A stretch of DNA of 42,541 nt from Syntrophorhabdales bacterium (GCA_050011095.1 JBEKJU010000023.1:1-42541), one strand, 5' to 3'. Positions 27,363-36,993 are shown, counted from the stretch's first letter. The notes: generated by a model from the sequence alone, not told the origin. Made by a program: numbers and translations.

Positions 27363-29837
27363 ATGGGGTCCACAAAGGCGCGTAAGGCATTATCGGTGCT
27401 GCTTGCCCTCGGTCTATTGGTTCTCGTGGGCGTATCGCCTGCCCTCGCAGGCGAGGCGGACATCGTATTGCCCAATCTCAGCGACGTCAACTTCACGGTG
27501 TTCGGCATCGTGCTGAACGGCATTAATATCATGTATTTCGGCCTGCTCGTCTGCGTCCTCGGCTTGGTCTTCGGCCTCGTCCAGTCCAATCAGACGAAAA
27601 ACCTTCCGGCCCACAGCTCAATGCTCAATGTGTCGGATATCATCTGGGAGACCTGCAAATCCTATCTCGCCCAGCAGGGCAAGTTCCTCGTCATCCTCTG
27701 GGTCCTCATCGCCATCTGCATGACCTATTATTTCAGTGGGCTGCAGCATGCCCCCGTCTTCAACATAGCCGTTATCCTTTTTTGTTCTATTCTCGGTATA
27801 CTCGGCTCCTACGGCGTGGCCTGGTTCGGCATGAGGATCAATACCCGCGCGAATTCCAGGACCGCCTTTGCATCGCTTTACGGCAAGCCGGTCAACGTGG
27901 TTGCCATCCCCCTGCGCTCGGGCATGAGCGTGGGTCTTTTGCTCGTGAGCGTCGAGCTTTTCTTCATGATCTGCATCCTGGTTTTTCTCCCCAAGGCCGT
28001 GGTCGGCCCTTCCTTCATCGGGTTTGCCATCGGTGAATCCCTGGGCGCAAGCGCCCTCAGGATCTGCGGCGGCATCTTCACGAAAATCGCCGATATCGGC
28101 TCGGACCTGATGAAGATCGTCTTCCATCTGCCTGAGGACGACCCGAAGAACCCCGGTGTTATTGCCGACTGCACGGGTGACAACGCGGGCGACAGCGTTG
28201 GACCGACAGCGGACGGCTTTGAAACGTATGGCGTGACCGGCGTTGCCCTGATTGCTTTTCTCGCCCTGGCCCTGGCCCTCAATCCTGTCATGGCGGGAAC
28301 CCTCATCATCTGGATATTCGCCATGCGTATCCTCATGATACTCACCTCCGTCGTCTCGTACTTCATCAACACCGGCATCACGTCGGCCGTATACGGTGAC
28401 AAGAAAAAATTCAGCTTCGAGCAGCCTTTGACCAACCTCGTCTGGATCACGTCCGCCATCTCGATCATCGTGACCTTTTGCGCGACCTATCTCCTCCTGG
28501 GCAACCTCCCCGATCCGAAATACGCATCTTTGTGGTGGGCCCTCTCGATCATCATCAGTTGCGGCACGGTGGCCGGGGCATTGATCCCTGAATTCACCAA
28601 GGTCTTCACGAGCACGAGTTCCCGGCACGTCAAGGAGGTCGTGGCAAGCGCCCGGCAGGGTGGCGCCTCCCTCGATATCCTTTCCGGTTTCGTCGCAGGC
28701 AACTTTTCCGCCTTCTGGGAGGGGTTGACGATCCTTGTCCTCATGCTCGTCGCGTACCTCGTCTCCACTAATCCGTCGATCCAGGCCCTCATGCCGAAGG
28801 AATATACCTTTGCGGCCCCTGTCTTTGCCTTCGGTCTCGTGGCCTTCGGTTTTCTCGGCATGGGTCCCGTGACGATCGCCGTCGACAGTTTCGGCCCGGT
28901 TTCCGACAATGCCCAGTCCGTGTATGAGCTTTCCCAGATCGAGAGCGTCCCCAACATCAAGGCGGAGATAAAGAAGCAGTTCGGCTTCGAGCCCGATTTC
29001 GAGAATGGCAAGGATTACCTCGAAGAGGCGGACGGCGCGGGCAACACGTTCAAGGCAACGGCGAAGCCCGTGCTCATCGGCACGGCCGTCGTCGGCGCGA
29101 CCACCATGGTCTTCGGCATCATCATCCTTCTCGAAAGGATTTTCGGCGGCGTGGTGGCGAAGCTCTCCCTGGTGCAGCCCGAGATCATCCTCGGCCTCCT
29201 CATGGGCGGCGCCGTGATCTACTGGTTTACCGGGGCGGCGACCCAGGCCGTCGTGACGGGCGCCTACAGGGCCGTCGTCTACATCAAGGAGAACATCAAG
29301 CTCGACAGCAAGACGGCCTCCATCAATGACAGCAAGGAAGTTGTGAAGATCTGCACGCAGTATGCCCAGAAGGGTATGATCAACATCTTCATCGTCATCT
29401 TCTTCATGGCCCTCGCCCTTTCCTTCTTCAACCCCTACTTCTTCATCGGCTACCTGATCGGTATCGCCTTCTTCGGCCTCTTCCAGGCCATCTTCATGGC
29501 GAACGCGGGCGGCGCATGGGACAATGCCAAGAAAATCGTCGAAGTGGACCTGAAGGAAAAGAACACGCCCCTCCACGAGGCGACCGTCGTGGGTGACACG
29601 GTGGGTGATCCGTTCAAGGACACCTCTTCGGTCTCCATGAACCCGGTGATCAAGTTCACCACGCTCTTCGGTCTCCTCGCCACGGAGATCGCCGTCACGA
29701 TGCGATCGCAGACACTGAAGACGGGCATCGCGGTCGTCTTCTTTATCGTCGCCCTGGTCTTCATTTACCGGTCCTTCTACGGGATGAGAATCGGCGGGCA
29801 GGCGCTTACCGGGAACACGGAAACCGGCACGAAGTAG
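27363..29837 (+). CDS. hppA: Membrane-integral ion-translocating pyrophosphatase (divergent, K+-independent type)
   Basis: 824 aa with many TM segments. GGIFTKIADIGSDL, EDDPKNPGVIADCTGDNAGD, DSFGPVSDNA, GNTFKA, GGAWDNAKK, GDTVGDPFKDT. Confidence 0.95.
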   Translation: MGSTKARKALSVLLALGLLVLVGVSPALAGEADIVLPNLSDVNFTVFGIVLNGINIMYFGLLVCVLGLVFGLVQSNQTKNLPAHSSMLNVSDIIWETCKSYLAQQGKFLVILWVLIAICMTYYFSGLQHAPVFNIAVILFCSILGILGSYGVAWFGMRINTRANSRTAFASLYGKPVNVVAIPLRSGMSVGLLLVSVELFFMICILVFLPKAVVGPSFIGFAIGESLGASALRICGGIFTKIADIGSDLMKIVFHLPEDDPKNPGVIADCTGDNAGDSVGPTADGFETYGVTGVALIAFLALALALNPVMAGTLIIWIFAMRILMILTSVVSYFINTGITSAVYGDKKKFSFEQPLTNLVWITSAISIIVTFCATYLLLGNLPDPKYASLWWALSIIISCGTVAGALIPEFTKVFTSTSSRHVKEVVASARQGGASLDILSGFVAGNFSAFWEGLTILVLMLVAYLVSTNPSIQALMPKEYTFAAPVFAFGLVAFGFLGMGPVTIAVDSFGPVSDNAQSVYELSQIESVPNIKAEIKKQFGFEPDFENGKDYLEEADGAGNTFKATAKPVLIGTAVVGATTMVFGIIILLERIFGGVVAKLSLVQPEIILGLLMGGAVIYWFTGAATQAVVTGAYRAVVYIKENIKLDSKTASINDSKEVVKICTQYAQKGMINIFIVIFFMALALSFFNPYFFIGYLIGIAFFGLFQAIFMANAGGAWDNAKKIVEVDLKEKNTPLHEATVVGDTVGDPFKDTSSVSMNPVIKFTTLFGLLATEIAVTMRSQTLKTGIAVVFFIVALVFIYRSFYGMRIGGQALTGNTETGTK

Positions 29838-29872
29838 GGAAAGGCGTTCTTAGACGCCCTTGAGCAAACCCA

Positions 29873-29910
29873 GCCCCTGTCCGGCAAAGCCCGGGCAGGG
29901 GGTTTTTCTT
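29873..29910 (+). terminator. Rho-independent terminator after hppA
   Basis: CCCCTGTCCGG...CCGGGCAGGGG hairpin followed by GTTTTTCTT. Confidence 0.75.
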
Positions 29911-30172
29911 GCCCCTTCCGTGGGGGCAAGCCGGCATTATAGTCCGACCGTGGTTGGAGGGCGCCCTTAGAGGCGGTGTCGGCGTGGCTATGGGCGCAGG
30001 AGGCGCGCCCCCGCCGGGGGATGGACCGATACCGGGTCGCTTGTCCTTGCCCCATCTTCGCCGGCGCATTAAAGCCGCCCGCGGCGGGTAGTGCGCGAAG
30101 CGGCTGTCACGCAAAGGGTCGCCGCCGAAGGCGAGGGTAGCGGCTTTGGATGCAACTGGGTATGAGATACCC

Positions 30173-30841
30173 TCAGAAAGCGGATTTCCCCGGCACGATC
30201 TCCAGAAGTCCCCTTATATCGTCCGCAACATAGTCCGCTCCCGCGTCTTGCAGGTCCGCCCTCGATGTCCTTCCCGTCAGCACGCCCAGGGTGGATGCCC
30301 CCGACGCCCTGCCCCCGAGCATGTCCGTGGGGTGGTCACCCACAAGGATGGCGTCACGGGCGGTCACCTTCAGGGCCTCCAGGATCGCCTCGACATGGTC
30401 CGGGCTCGGCTTGACGTGACGCACGTCTTCCCTCGTCTTCAGCGCGTCCACGTACGTCCCCATGTCGGGAAACACCTTCTCCACGGCGGCGGGGCAGTTC
30501 CTCGTGATGATGCCGATCTTCACCCCCCTGTGCCGCAGGGTCCGGAGCACGTCCCTCACGTAGGGGTAGAGGGCCTTGCCGTCGGCCGCCTCAATCTCCA
30601 TTCGGCGAAGCGTCGCAAAGGCCCTACCCGTAAAGCGCTGCCCGGCCTCGCGGATCATGGCCTCCACCTCATAGATCATCTCTATGACGTAAATGCCCTG
30701 ATGCGCGAGGCGGCGCACCTCGACGGGAGAGATGTAGTCCTCCGCGATTCTTTCGATCTCCCCCCTGATCTTCTCTATGAGGCCGAAGGCCATCGGGTCG
30801 GTCAAGGTTCCGTCGAAGTCGAAGGCAACCGCCTTGATCAT
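30173..30841 (-). CDS. HAD-superfamily phosphatase (subfamily IA, Gph-like)
   Basis: FDFDGTL motif I, ITRN, VKPSPD, LVGDHPTD. ATGA overlap with the ade stop. Confidence 0.88.
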   Translation of the reverse strand: MIKAVAFDFDGTLTDPMAFGLIEKIRGEIERIAEDYISPVEVRRLAHQGIYVIEMIYEVEAMIREAGQRFTGRAFATLRRMEIEAADGKALYPYVRDVLRTLRHRGVKIGIITRNCPAAVEKVFPDMGTYVDALKTREDVRHVKPSPDHVEAILEALKVTARDAILVGDHPTDMLGGRASGASTLGVLTGRTSRADLQDAGADYVADDIRGLLEIVPGKSAF

Positions 30842-32511
30842 GGGCAATCCTCGATGTAGCGGGACGTCAGGACGTCAAAGAGGCCCCCCGTGGTGAGCCG
30901 GACCTGCGGGATGACGGGCAGCGGGAGAAAGGACATCTGAAAAAAAGGATTCGTCATCTGCACGCCCATTTTCCGCACCAATCCATCCAGTTCCGCCTCC
31001 CTTTTCAGAAAGGTGGCGGCATCGAGGTGCGAAATAATGCCGAAGTACGGCATGGGGATGACGAGACCCGATCCCCTGTGCGATGCCGCCATGCCGCCCC
31101 CGCAGGCCTGCAAAAGGCCGAACACCTCGTGGATATCCTCCAGGTTGTCGCCCACGATGAGGAGATTGTGGCTGTCGTGCGCGTAGGTCGTGCCGAGGGC
31201 GCCGTTTCGCAATGAAAAACCCTGGACAAGACCGAACCCGTACGTCTCTTTTGCGCTGTACCGGTCGAAGAGGTAGGCGAAGACGAGGTCCCTTCCATGG
31301 TCGGGAACGAGATACCCATTCTCGGTCCGCGCGTCACAGATCACGTCGTCCGTGATGATCGTGCCCTCCCTGACGCCTATCGCGTGGACCCTCTCCCCCT
31401 TTGCCCTTCTTCGGAGATCGTCCTTCGTGAAGGGCGCCACGTTGAGCCGGGCAATCGCCCGACCGGCGGCCCTCTCATCATGGTCTGTCCCAACGCCTTC
31501 CCCTTCCCTGAATACGACCTTTCCGTCCTTCACGGTTGCCCTGACCCGCATTTCTTCCGGGTTGTCAAAGACTACGAGGTCCGCCCTCCTTCCGAGGGCA
31601 GGGCCCATCCTATCGCAGAGCCCGAAGTAGACGGCCGGGTTTATCGTCACGAGCCTGATCGCCCGGAAAAGGGGGATACCCGACCGCACGAGCCGGCTCA
31701 CGAGCCGGTCGAGGTGGCCCGATTCATAGAGGTCCCGGCTGGAGAGATCGTCCGTACAGAGGGAGAGGCTCGCCAGGTTCTCAGGCCGGACCAAACCAAG
31801 GAGGTTGTCGAGATCGCGGGACGCTGAACCCTCCCGCAGGAAAAGATGCATCCCCCGGCCAAGTTTCTCCTCGCCCTCATCGACGTTTGTTGTCTCATGG
31901 TCCGAATATATGCCCGCCGACATGTAGAGGTCGAGGTCGTCCCCCCTGAGCCCCGGCGCGTGACCGTCGACGGGCCTCCCCTCGAAGAGGGCGATCTTCC
32001 TCATGACCGCGCCTCGCCGCTCCATCACGGCAGTGAGGTCCATCACCTCTCCAAGGCCGATCACGCCCTGCATACCCTTGATCCGCCTCAGGTCCCTTAT
32101 GCCGATATTTGATGCCCCGCGCTCGAAGGGGCTCGACGGCACGCAGGAGGGGGCCATCAGAAAGAGGTCGATCGGCACCCCCCCGGCGAGCGAAAGGTAC
32201 CATTGAAGCCCTGCCACGCCGCCCGCATTGGCGATCTCGTGGAGGTCCGTCACGATGGCGGTCGTGCCATGGGCGAGAAAGGCCCGGAAGTAGTGACCGG
32301 GCAGGAGGTGGAGGCCCTCCACGTGCAGGTGACTCTCGATGAAACCGCATGAGACATAGCAGCCTCCTGCCTCAACGACTTCCCTCGCCCCGGTCCGGGA
32401 AAAAGAGAAGATCTTCCCATCTTTGATGGAAAGATCCGTCTTTTCTGCCCGTTCCCTGAGTGGGTCGACCAGAAGGCCGTCCCTTATGAGAAGATCGGCT
32501 ATGGGTTTTAT
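30838..32511 (-). CDS. ade: Adenine deaminase (Ade/YicP family), apparent non-canonical ATA start
   Basis: The frame stays open 63 codons upstream of the called GTG (32322) and encodes KPIADLLIRDG...GFIESHLHVE. Downstream motifs DLHEIAN, GLGEVM, DGHAP, SDHE, LCTDD and AHDSHN are intact. Confidence 0.88.
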   Translation of the reverse strand: MKPIADLLIRDGLLVDPLRERAEKTDLSIKDGKIFSFSRTGAREVVEAGGCYVSCGFIESHLHVEGLHLLPGHYFRAFLAHGTTAIVTDLHEIANAGGVAGLQWYLSLAGGVPIDLFLMAPSCVPSSPFERGASNIGIRDLRRIKGMQGVIGLGEVMDLTAVMERRGAVMRKIALFEGRPVDGHAPGLRGDDLDLYMSAGIYSDHETTNVDEGEEKLGRGMHLFLREGSASRDLDNLLGLVRPENLASLSLCTDDLSSRDLYESGHLDRLVSRLVRSGIPLFRAIRLVTINPAVYFGLCDRMGPALGRRADLVVFDNPEEMRVRATVKDGKVVFREGEGVGTDHDERAAGRAIARLNVAPFTKDDLRRRAKGERVHAIGVREGTIITDDVICDARTENGYLVPDHGRDLVFAYLFDRYSAKETYGFGLVQGFSLRNGALGTTYAHDSHNLLIVGDNLEDIHEVFGLLQACGGGMAASHRGSGLVIPMPYFGIISHLDAATFLKREAELDGLVRKMGVQMTNPFFQMSFLPLPVIPQVRLTTGGLFDVLTSRYIEDCP

Positions 32512-34088
32512 GACAGGGTTACCCTTTTCACGCTGATGACGTTCGGCAGCGCGGAGAGGTCCTTAAGCACGGCGTCGTCCATGCCCCCGTCCACGTCGAG
32601 GAGGCACAGGGAAACACCGCCGATCTCTTCCCTGCCGAAATGCATGCCTCCGATGTTGATCCCCTTGCTCGCGAACACCGACCCGAGCCCGCCTATGATG
32701 CCGGGTCTGTCATAGGTGAGGATGAACAGCATGTCTCCGGTCAGGTCCGCGTCAACGGCGATCCTGTTCACCCTGATGAGCCTCGGCTCCTTCTTGCCGA
32801 GGAGGGTTCCATAAGCCGCGTTCTCGCTTTTCTTCCCGCTCACCCTTATTCCGAGCAGGGTGGTAAAGTCCTCGTGCTCCTTTTTCTTGATCTCCTTGAC
32901 CTTGATGCCCCTTGATTGCGCGAGCATGAGGGCGTTGACATAGTTGACCCCCATAAGGTGGGGCGAGAGAATGGCCTTGACGATACCCTGCGTCAGTATC
33001 TTCGTCTCCACCTCGGCGATGGCCCCGCTATACTCTATTTCTATGTGCGTCAGAGGTGGCTCGGTGACCAGGGAGACGAATCGCGCGAGCCTCTCCGAAA
33101 GGGCGAGATAGGGGGAGAGCTGCGCCTGGATATCCATGGAGACCGGCGGCGCGTTGACGCTGTTCTTTATCACGCCGTTCAAGGCATAGTCCGTAATCTG
33201 GTTCGCGATGTCGATGGCCACCTTGCTCTGCGCCTCTTTAGTCGATGCGCCGAGGTGGGGTGTGGCGACCACCTTGTCCGAGAGGACAAGGGGATGGTCC
33301 TTCGGCGGTGGCTCCGATTCGAAGACATCGAGGGCCGCCCCCGCGACCTGGCCGCTTTGGATCGCCTCGTACAGGTCTTTCTCGTTTACAATGCCGCCCC
33401 TTGCCGTGTTGATGATGAAGACGCCCTTCCTTGTTTTACCGATGTTGGCATTCGTGATGAGGTCTTTCGTATCCTTGAGGAGGGGCACGTGAATGCTGAT
33501 GAAATCACTCCTGGCGAGGAGCGTGTCCAGGTCGACGAGCCCGATCCCCTTCTGGGCCGCAACCTCCAGGTGGGCGTAGAGGTCGTAGGCAATCACCTTC
33601 ATGCCGAGGGCGATCCCCTTCTCCGCCACGATCATCCCGATGTTTCCGATGCCTATGACGCCCAGGGTCTTCTCGTACACTTCGACGCCCATGAGGGACT
33701 TCTTTTCCCACTTCCCCTCTTTCATCGTGCGGTCGGCGAGGGATATCTTTCGCGCGAGGGCGAACATGAGGGCAATGGCGTGTTCCGCGGCCGCGAGGGC
33801 GTTGCCCTGGGGCGTGTTCATCACCACAATGCCCTTCTCGGTCGCTGCCTCGACATCGACGTTATCCACGCCGATGCCCGCCCTTCCGATAACCTTCAGC
33901 TTATCGGCCTTCTCAATGACATCCCTCGTGACCTTGGTGGCGCTCCTCACCACGAGCGCATCGTACTGCCCTATGATGGCCTGCAGTTCTTCCTTCTTCA
34001 GGTCTGTCTTCACGTCCACGTCCAGGTGATTCGACCGTAGGATGTCTACCGCCTTATCAGACATGGAATCTGCGATCAGGATCTTCAT
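32508..34088 (-). CDS. serA: D-3-phosphoglycerate dehydrogenase (type I, with ASB and ACT domains)
   Basis: 526 aa, VRSATKVT, GRAGIGVDNVD, GIGNIG, NTARGG, TPHLGAST, DRPGIIG. Confidence 0.96.
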   Translation of the reverse strand: MKILIADSMSDKAVDILRSNHLDVDVKTDLKKEELQAIIGQYDALVVRSATKVTRDVIEKADKLKVIGRAGIGVDNVDVEAATEKGIVVMNTPQGNALAAAEHAIALMFALARKISLADRTMKEGKWEKKSLMGVEVYEKTLGVIGIGNIGMIVAEKGIALGMKVIAYDLYAHLEVAAQKGIGLVDLDTLLARSDFISIHVPLLKDTKDLITNANIGKTRKGVFIINTARGGIVNEKDLYEAIQSGQVAGAALDVFESEPPPKDHPLVLSDKVVATPHLGASTKEAQSKVAIDIANQITDYALNGVIKNSVNAPPVSMDIQAQLSPYLALSERLARFVSLVTEPPLTHIEIEYSGAIAEVETKILTQGIVKAILSPHLMGVNYVNALMLAQSRGIKVKEIKKKEHEDFTTLLGIRVSGKKSENAAYGTLLGKKEPRLIRVNRIAVDADLTGDMLFILTYDRPGIIGGLGSVFASKGINIGGMHFGREEIGGVSLCLLDVDGGMDDAVLKDLSALPNVISVKRVTLS

Positions 34089-34099
34089 GCGGCCTCCTT

Positions 34100-35239
34100 C
34101 TACTGGTCTTTTAAGGCGTTCGTCGCGGCGGCCACACCCTTCCCCATCTCGAACGCGTACCCGAGGTCTCTCAGGGTGAACTCAAGGGCCGCGATGGCGG
34201 TGATGACATCGTACTTGTCGGCGTAGCCCAGGGTTGCGATCCGGAAGATCTTGCCCTTCAGCTGATCCTGTCCGCCTGCCCCGGTGACGCCGTACTTTTT
34301 CCACAGGGTCTTGTAGATGGCCTGCCCGTCGACGCCCTCCGGCGCAACAATGGCGGTCACGGCGGGACTCGGCGACTTGGCGAATATCTTGAGGCCGAGG
34401 GCCTGCGCCCCTTCCCTCGTTGCCCTGGCGAGGAGATCGATCCGCTTGAAGACGTTCTCCAGGCCCTCCGTCTTTATCATGCGCAGCGACTCCCTTAGCC
34501 CTATGATGAGCGAGATGGCGGGGGTGAAGTTCGTCTGGTTCTTCTCCAGGTTGGACCGTTCCTTTGCCCAGTTGAAGTAGAACCTGGGCAGCTTCGATGT
34601 CTTGTTAAACTCCCAGGCCTTGTCGCTGACACTACAAAAGGCGAGTCCGGGGGGCAGCATCAGCGCCTTCTGGGAGCCGCCCACGAGGACGTCAATATTC
34701 CATGCGTCGGCGGGCAGCTCGAAAACGCCTACGCCGGTGATGCCGTCGACGACCATGAGCGTATTCGCACGATTCTTCACGATCGTCGCAACCTCTTTGA
34801 CCGGGAACCTGACACCTGTCGAGGTCTCCGTCGCCTGCATGTAAACGGCCCTGACATCGGGATTCGCCTTGATCGTCTGCTCGATGACGGCGGGGTCGAG
34901 GGCATCACCCCACGGCAGGTCTATATTGATCGCCTCGACGCCGTATGCCTTGCATATGTTGGCCCACCGCTCTCCGAATTTCCCGCTCCTTACGCAGATG
35001 GCCTTGTCGCCCGGCGAAAGGACGTTCGTCACGGAACTTTCCATTGCCCCCGTGCCCGACGATGCAAAGATGAGCACCTCGTTCTTCGTGCCGAACACAT
35101 GCTTCAGATTCTCCCTCACCTCCGCCACGACCTCCTCGAAGAGGGGGTTCCGGTGGTGGATGATGGGTTCGGCCATTTTCAGGAGCACTTCCGGCGGAAT
35201 GGCAGTCGGGCCCGGTGCCAGTAAATATCTCTTTTCCAT
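34100..35239 (-). CDS. Class V aminotransferase (alanine-glyoxylate / serine-pyruvate / phosphoserine aminotransferase-like)
   Basis: 379 aa from ATG 35239 with an AGGAGG RBS. LLAPGPT, HHR, SSGTGAME, ETSTGV, GSQKALMLPPG. Directly upstream of serA. Confidence 0.9.
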   Translation of the reverse strand: MEKRYLLAPGPTAIPPEVLLKMAEPIIHHRNPLFEEVVAEVRENLKHVFGTKNEVLIFASSGTGAMESSVTNVLSPGDKAICVRSGKFGERWANICKAYGVEAINIDLPWGDALDPAVIEQTIKANPDVRAVYMQATETSTGVRFPVKEVATIVKNRANTLMVVDGITGVGVFELPADAWNIDVLVGGSQKALMLPPGLAFCSVSDKAWEFNKTSKLPRFYFNWAKERSNLEKNQTNFTPAISLIIGLRESLRMIKTEGLENVFKRIDLLARATREGAQALGLKIFAKSPSPAVTAIVAPEGVDGQAIYKTLWKKYGVTGAGGQDQLKGKIFRIATLGYADKYDVITAIAALEFTLRDLGYAFEMGKGVAAATNALKDQ

Positions 35240-35404
35240 GTATGCCTCCTTCATTTATTTGCAGACGGTGTGCGGCTCGCATAGTTTAAAAGATTTTCGC
35301 AAAAAACGTCAAGGAAAACGGTGATACCGGAAGCGGCGCCACCCTCCGCTGCACACAAAAACATTACCATGCGTCCGGACAACATGTGGTATTATATTCC
35401 TCGC

Positions 35405-36604
35405 ATGAAGAGGATTTACTTTGATCACGCCGCGACCACGCCGGTCGATCCCAGGGTCCTTGCGGCGATGCGCCCCTACTTCACGGAGCTCTTCGGCAAT
35501 CCCTCTTCGGTCCTTGTCGAAGAGGGATTGGAGCCCAGAAAGGCCATGGACGAGGCGAGGGCCAAGGTCGCGTGTCTCCTCAACGCGCGGACAGATGAGG
35601 TGATCTTTACGGCCTCGGCCACCGAAGCAAACAATATGGCCATAAAAGGTCTTGCCCTCGCGAACAGAAACAGGGGCGGCAGGATACTCTTTTCCGATAT
35701 CGAGCACTACTCGGTCTTGAGCCAGGCGGATTTCCTGAGGGACCTCGGCTTCGAGATCGACTACGTGGGGGTCGACCGGTACGGCATGGTCGACATGGAT
35801 GACCTGAAAAAGAAGGCGATGCCGGGGACAATCCTCGTCTCGATCATGCACGCGAACCTTGAGATAGGCACGATCGAGCCGATCAGGGAAATCGGCCTTT
35901 TCCTCAAGGAACGGGATATCCTCTTTCACTCGGACGGCACGGGCACGTGCGGCCGGATCCCGATCGATGTCAAGGATATGCCCGTCGACGCCATGACCGT
36001 TTCCGCCCATCAGCTCTATGGCCCCAAGGGCGCGGCCGCCCTCTATCTGCGGAAAGGCGTCCCCCTGCGGCCCATCTTCCAGGGCGGCTTCCAGGAAGCG
36101 GGCTACAGGGCAGGCACGGAGAATGTCCCGGCCATTGTCGGCTTCGGTGAGGCGAGCCGTCTCGCCTATGAAGAGATGACGGGAAGGATAGAGAGGCTCA
36201 CCGCCCTCGGGCAAAAGCTGTGGAAGGGGATCGAAAAGGAGATCGATCATTTGCATTTTACGGGCCATCCGGTAAAGAGACTCCCCGGCCACGTCAGCTT
36301 CTGGATAGAGTTCGTCGAGGGCGAATCACTCCTTATGTGGCTCAATCTGAACAATATTTCATCGGCGAGCGGGAGTGCCTGCGCCTCGAACGTGCTCGCG
36401 GCTGACGAGACCGGGCTCAAGGCCTCCCACGTGCTGACGGCGGTGGGCGTGCCCCCCGAGATATGCCACGGCTCCATCACCTTCAGTCTCGGCACGGAGA
36501 ACACGGAGGCGGAGGTCGATTCCACCCTTTCGACCCTGCCGGGGATCGTGGAAAGGCTGAGAGAGATGTCACCCCTTTACCAACACGCGCGAGGAGGACA
36601 ATAA
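35405..36604 (+). CDS. iscS: IscS/NifS-family protein with the PLP-binding Lys replaced by Gln
   Basis: YFDHAATT, FGNPSS, ATEANN, IEHYSV, RAGTENV and SGSAC are present, but SAHQLYGPKG replaces S(G/A)HKxxGPKG. Precedes iscU. Confidence 0.85.
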   Translation: MKRIYFDHAATTPVDPRVLAAMRPYFTELFGNPSSVLVEEGLEPRKAMDEARAKVACLLNARTDEVIFTASATEANNMAIKGLALANRNRGGRILFSDIEHYSVLSQADFLRDLGFEIDYVGVDRYGMVDMDDLKKKAMPGTILVSIMHANLEIGTIEPIREIGLFLKERDILFHSDGTGTCGRIPIDVKDMPVDAMTVSAHQLYGPKGAAALYLRKGVPLRPIFQGGFQEAGYRAGTENVPAIVGFGEASRLAYEEMTGRIERLTALGQKLWKGIEKEIDHLHFTGHPVKRLPGHVSFWIEFVEGESLLMWLNLNNISSASGSACASNVLAADETGLKASHVLTAVGVPPEICHGSITFSLGTENTEAEVDSTLSTLPGIVERLREMSPLYQHARGGQ

Positions 36605-36993
36605 TGGCACAGGGCCCTTATAGCGATAAGGTCATGGATCACTTTATGCATCCGCGAAACATGGGTGAGATAGAGGATCCGAGCGGCGTGGGCGAAGTGG
36701 GAAACCCCGCCTGCGGCGACGTGATGAGGCTCTACCTCAAGATTGAAAACGACACGATCGTCGATGCAAAATTCAAGACCTTCGGGTGCGGGGCGGCAAT
36801 TGCGTCGAGCAGCATGACGACGGAGCTCATAAAGGGAAAATCGGTCGATGAGGCCCTCCGCATATCGAATGAGGCCGTTGCCGAGGCGCTCGGGGGCTTG
36901 CCGCCCGCGAAGCAGCATTGCTCGGTCCTGGCCGAAGAGGCGCTTCAGGCCGCCCTCGAAGACTATAAGAAAAGACAGCGGTTGGGGGGCTAA
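36604..36993 (+). CDS. iscU: Fe-S cluster scaffold IscU/NifU-N
   Basis: 129 aa from ATG 36604 (TAATG overlap, GGAGG RBS). YSDKVMDHF, NPACGD, FKTFGCGAAIAS, KQHCS. Confidence 0.94.
   Translation: MAQGPYSDKVMDHFMHPRNMGEIEDPSGVGEVGNPACGDVMRLYLKIENDTIVDAKFKTFGCGAAIASSSMTTELIKGKSVDEALRISNEAVAEALGGLPPAKQHCSVLAEEALQAALEDYKKRQRLGG

Noticed and set aside
27618-29576. 652-aa ORF on the minus strand opposite hppA, and similar long antisense ORFs at 2561-3895, 10638-12164, 21079-22152, 23495-24496, 32916-34040 and 39959-41353
   Set aside because: Shadow ORFs produced by high-GC codon bias of real genes on the opposite strand; no recognisable motifs.
29911-30172. GC-rich intergenic stretch as a possible ncRNA or small ORF
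   Set aside because: No recognisable RNA family motif, and the short ORFs lack an RBS and protein-like composition.
36463-36603. N-terminal extension of iscU in the ORF track
   Set aside because: It overlaps the iscS-like CDS. The true start is ATG 36604, supported by the GGAGG RBS and TAATG coupling.
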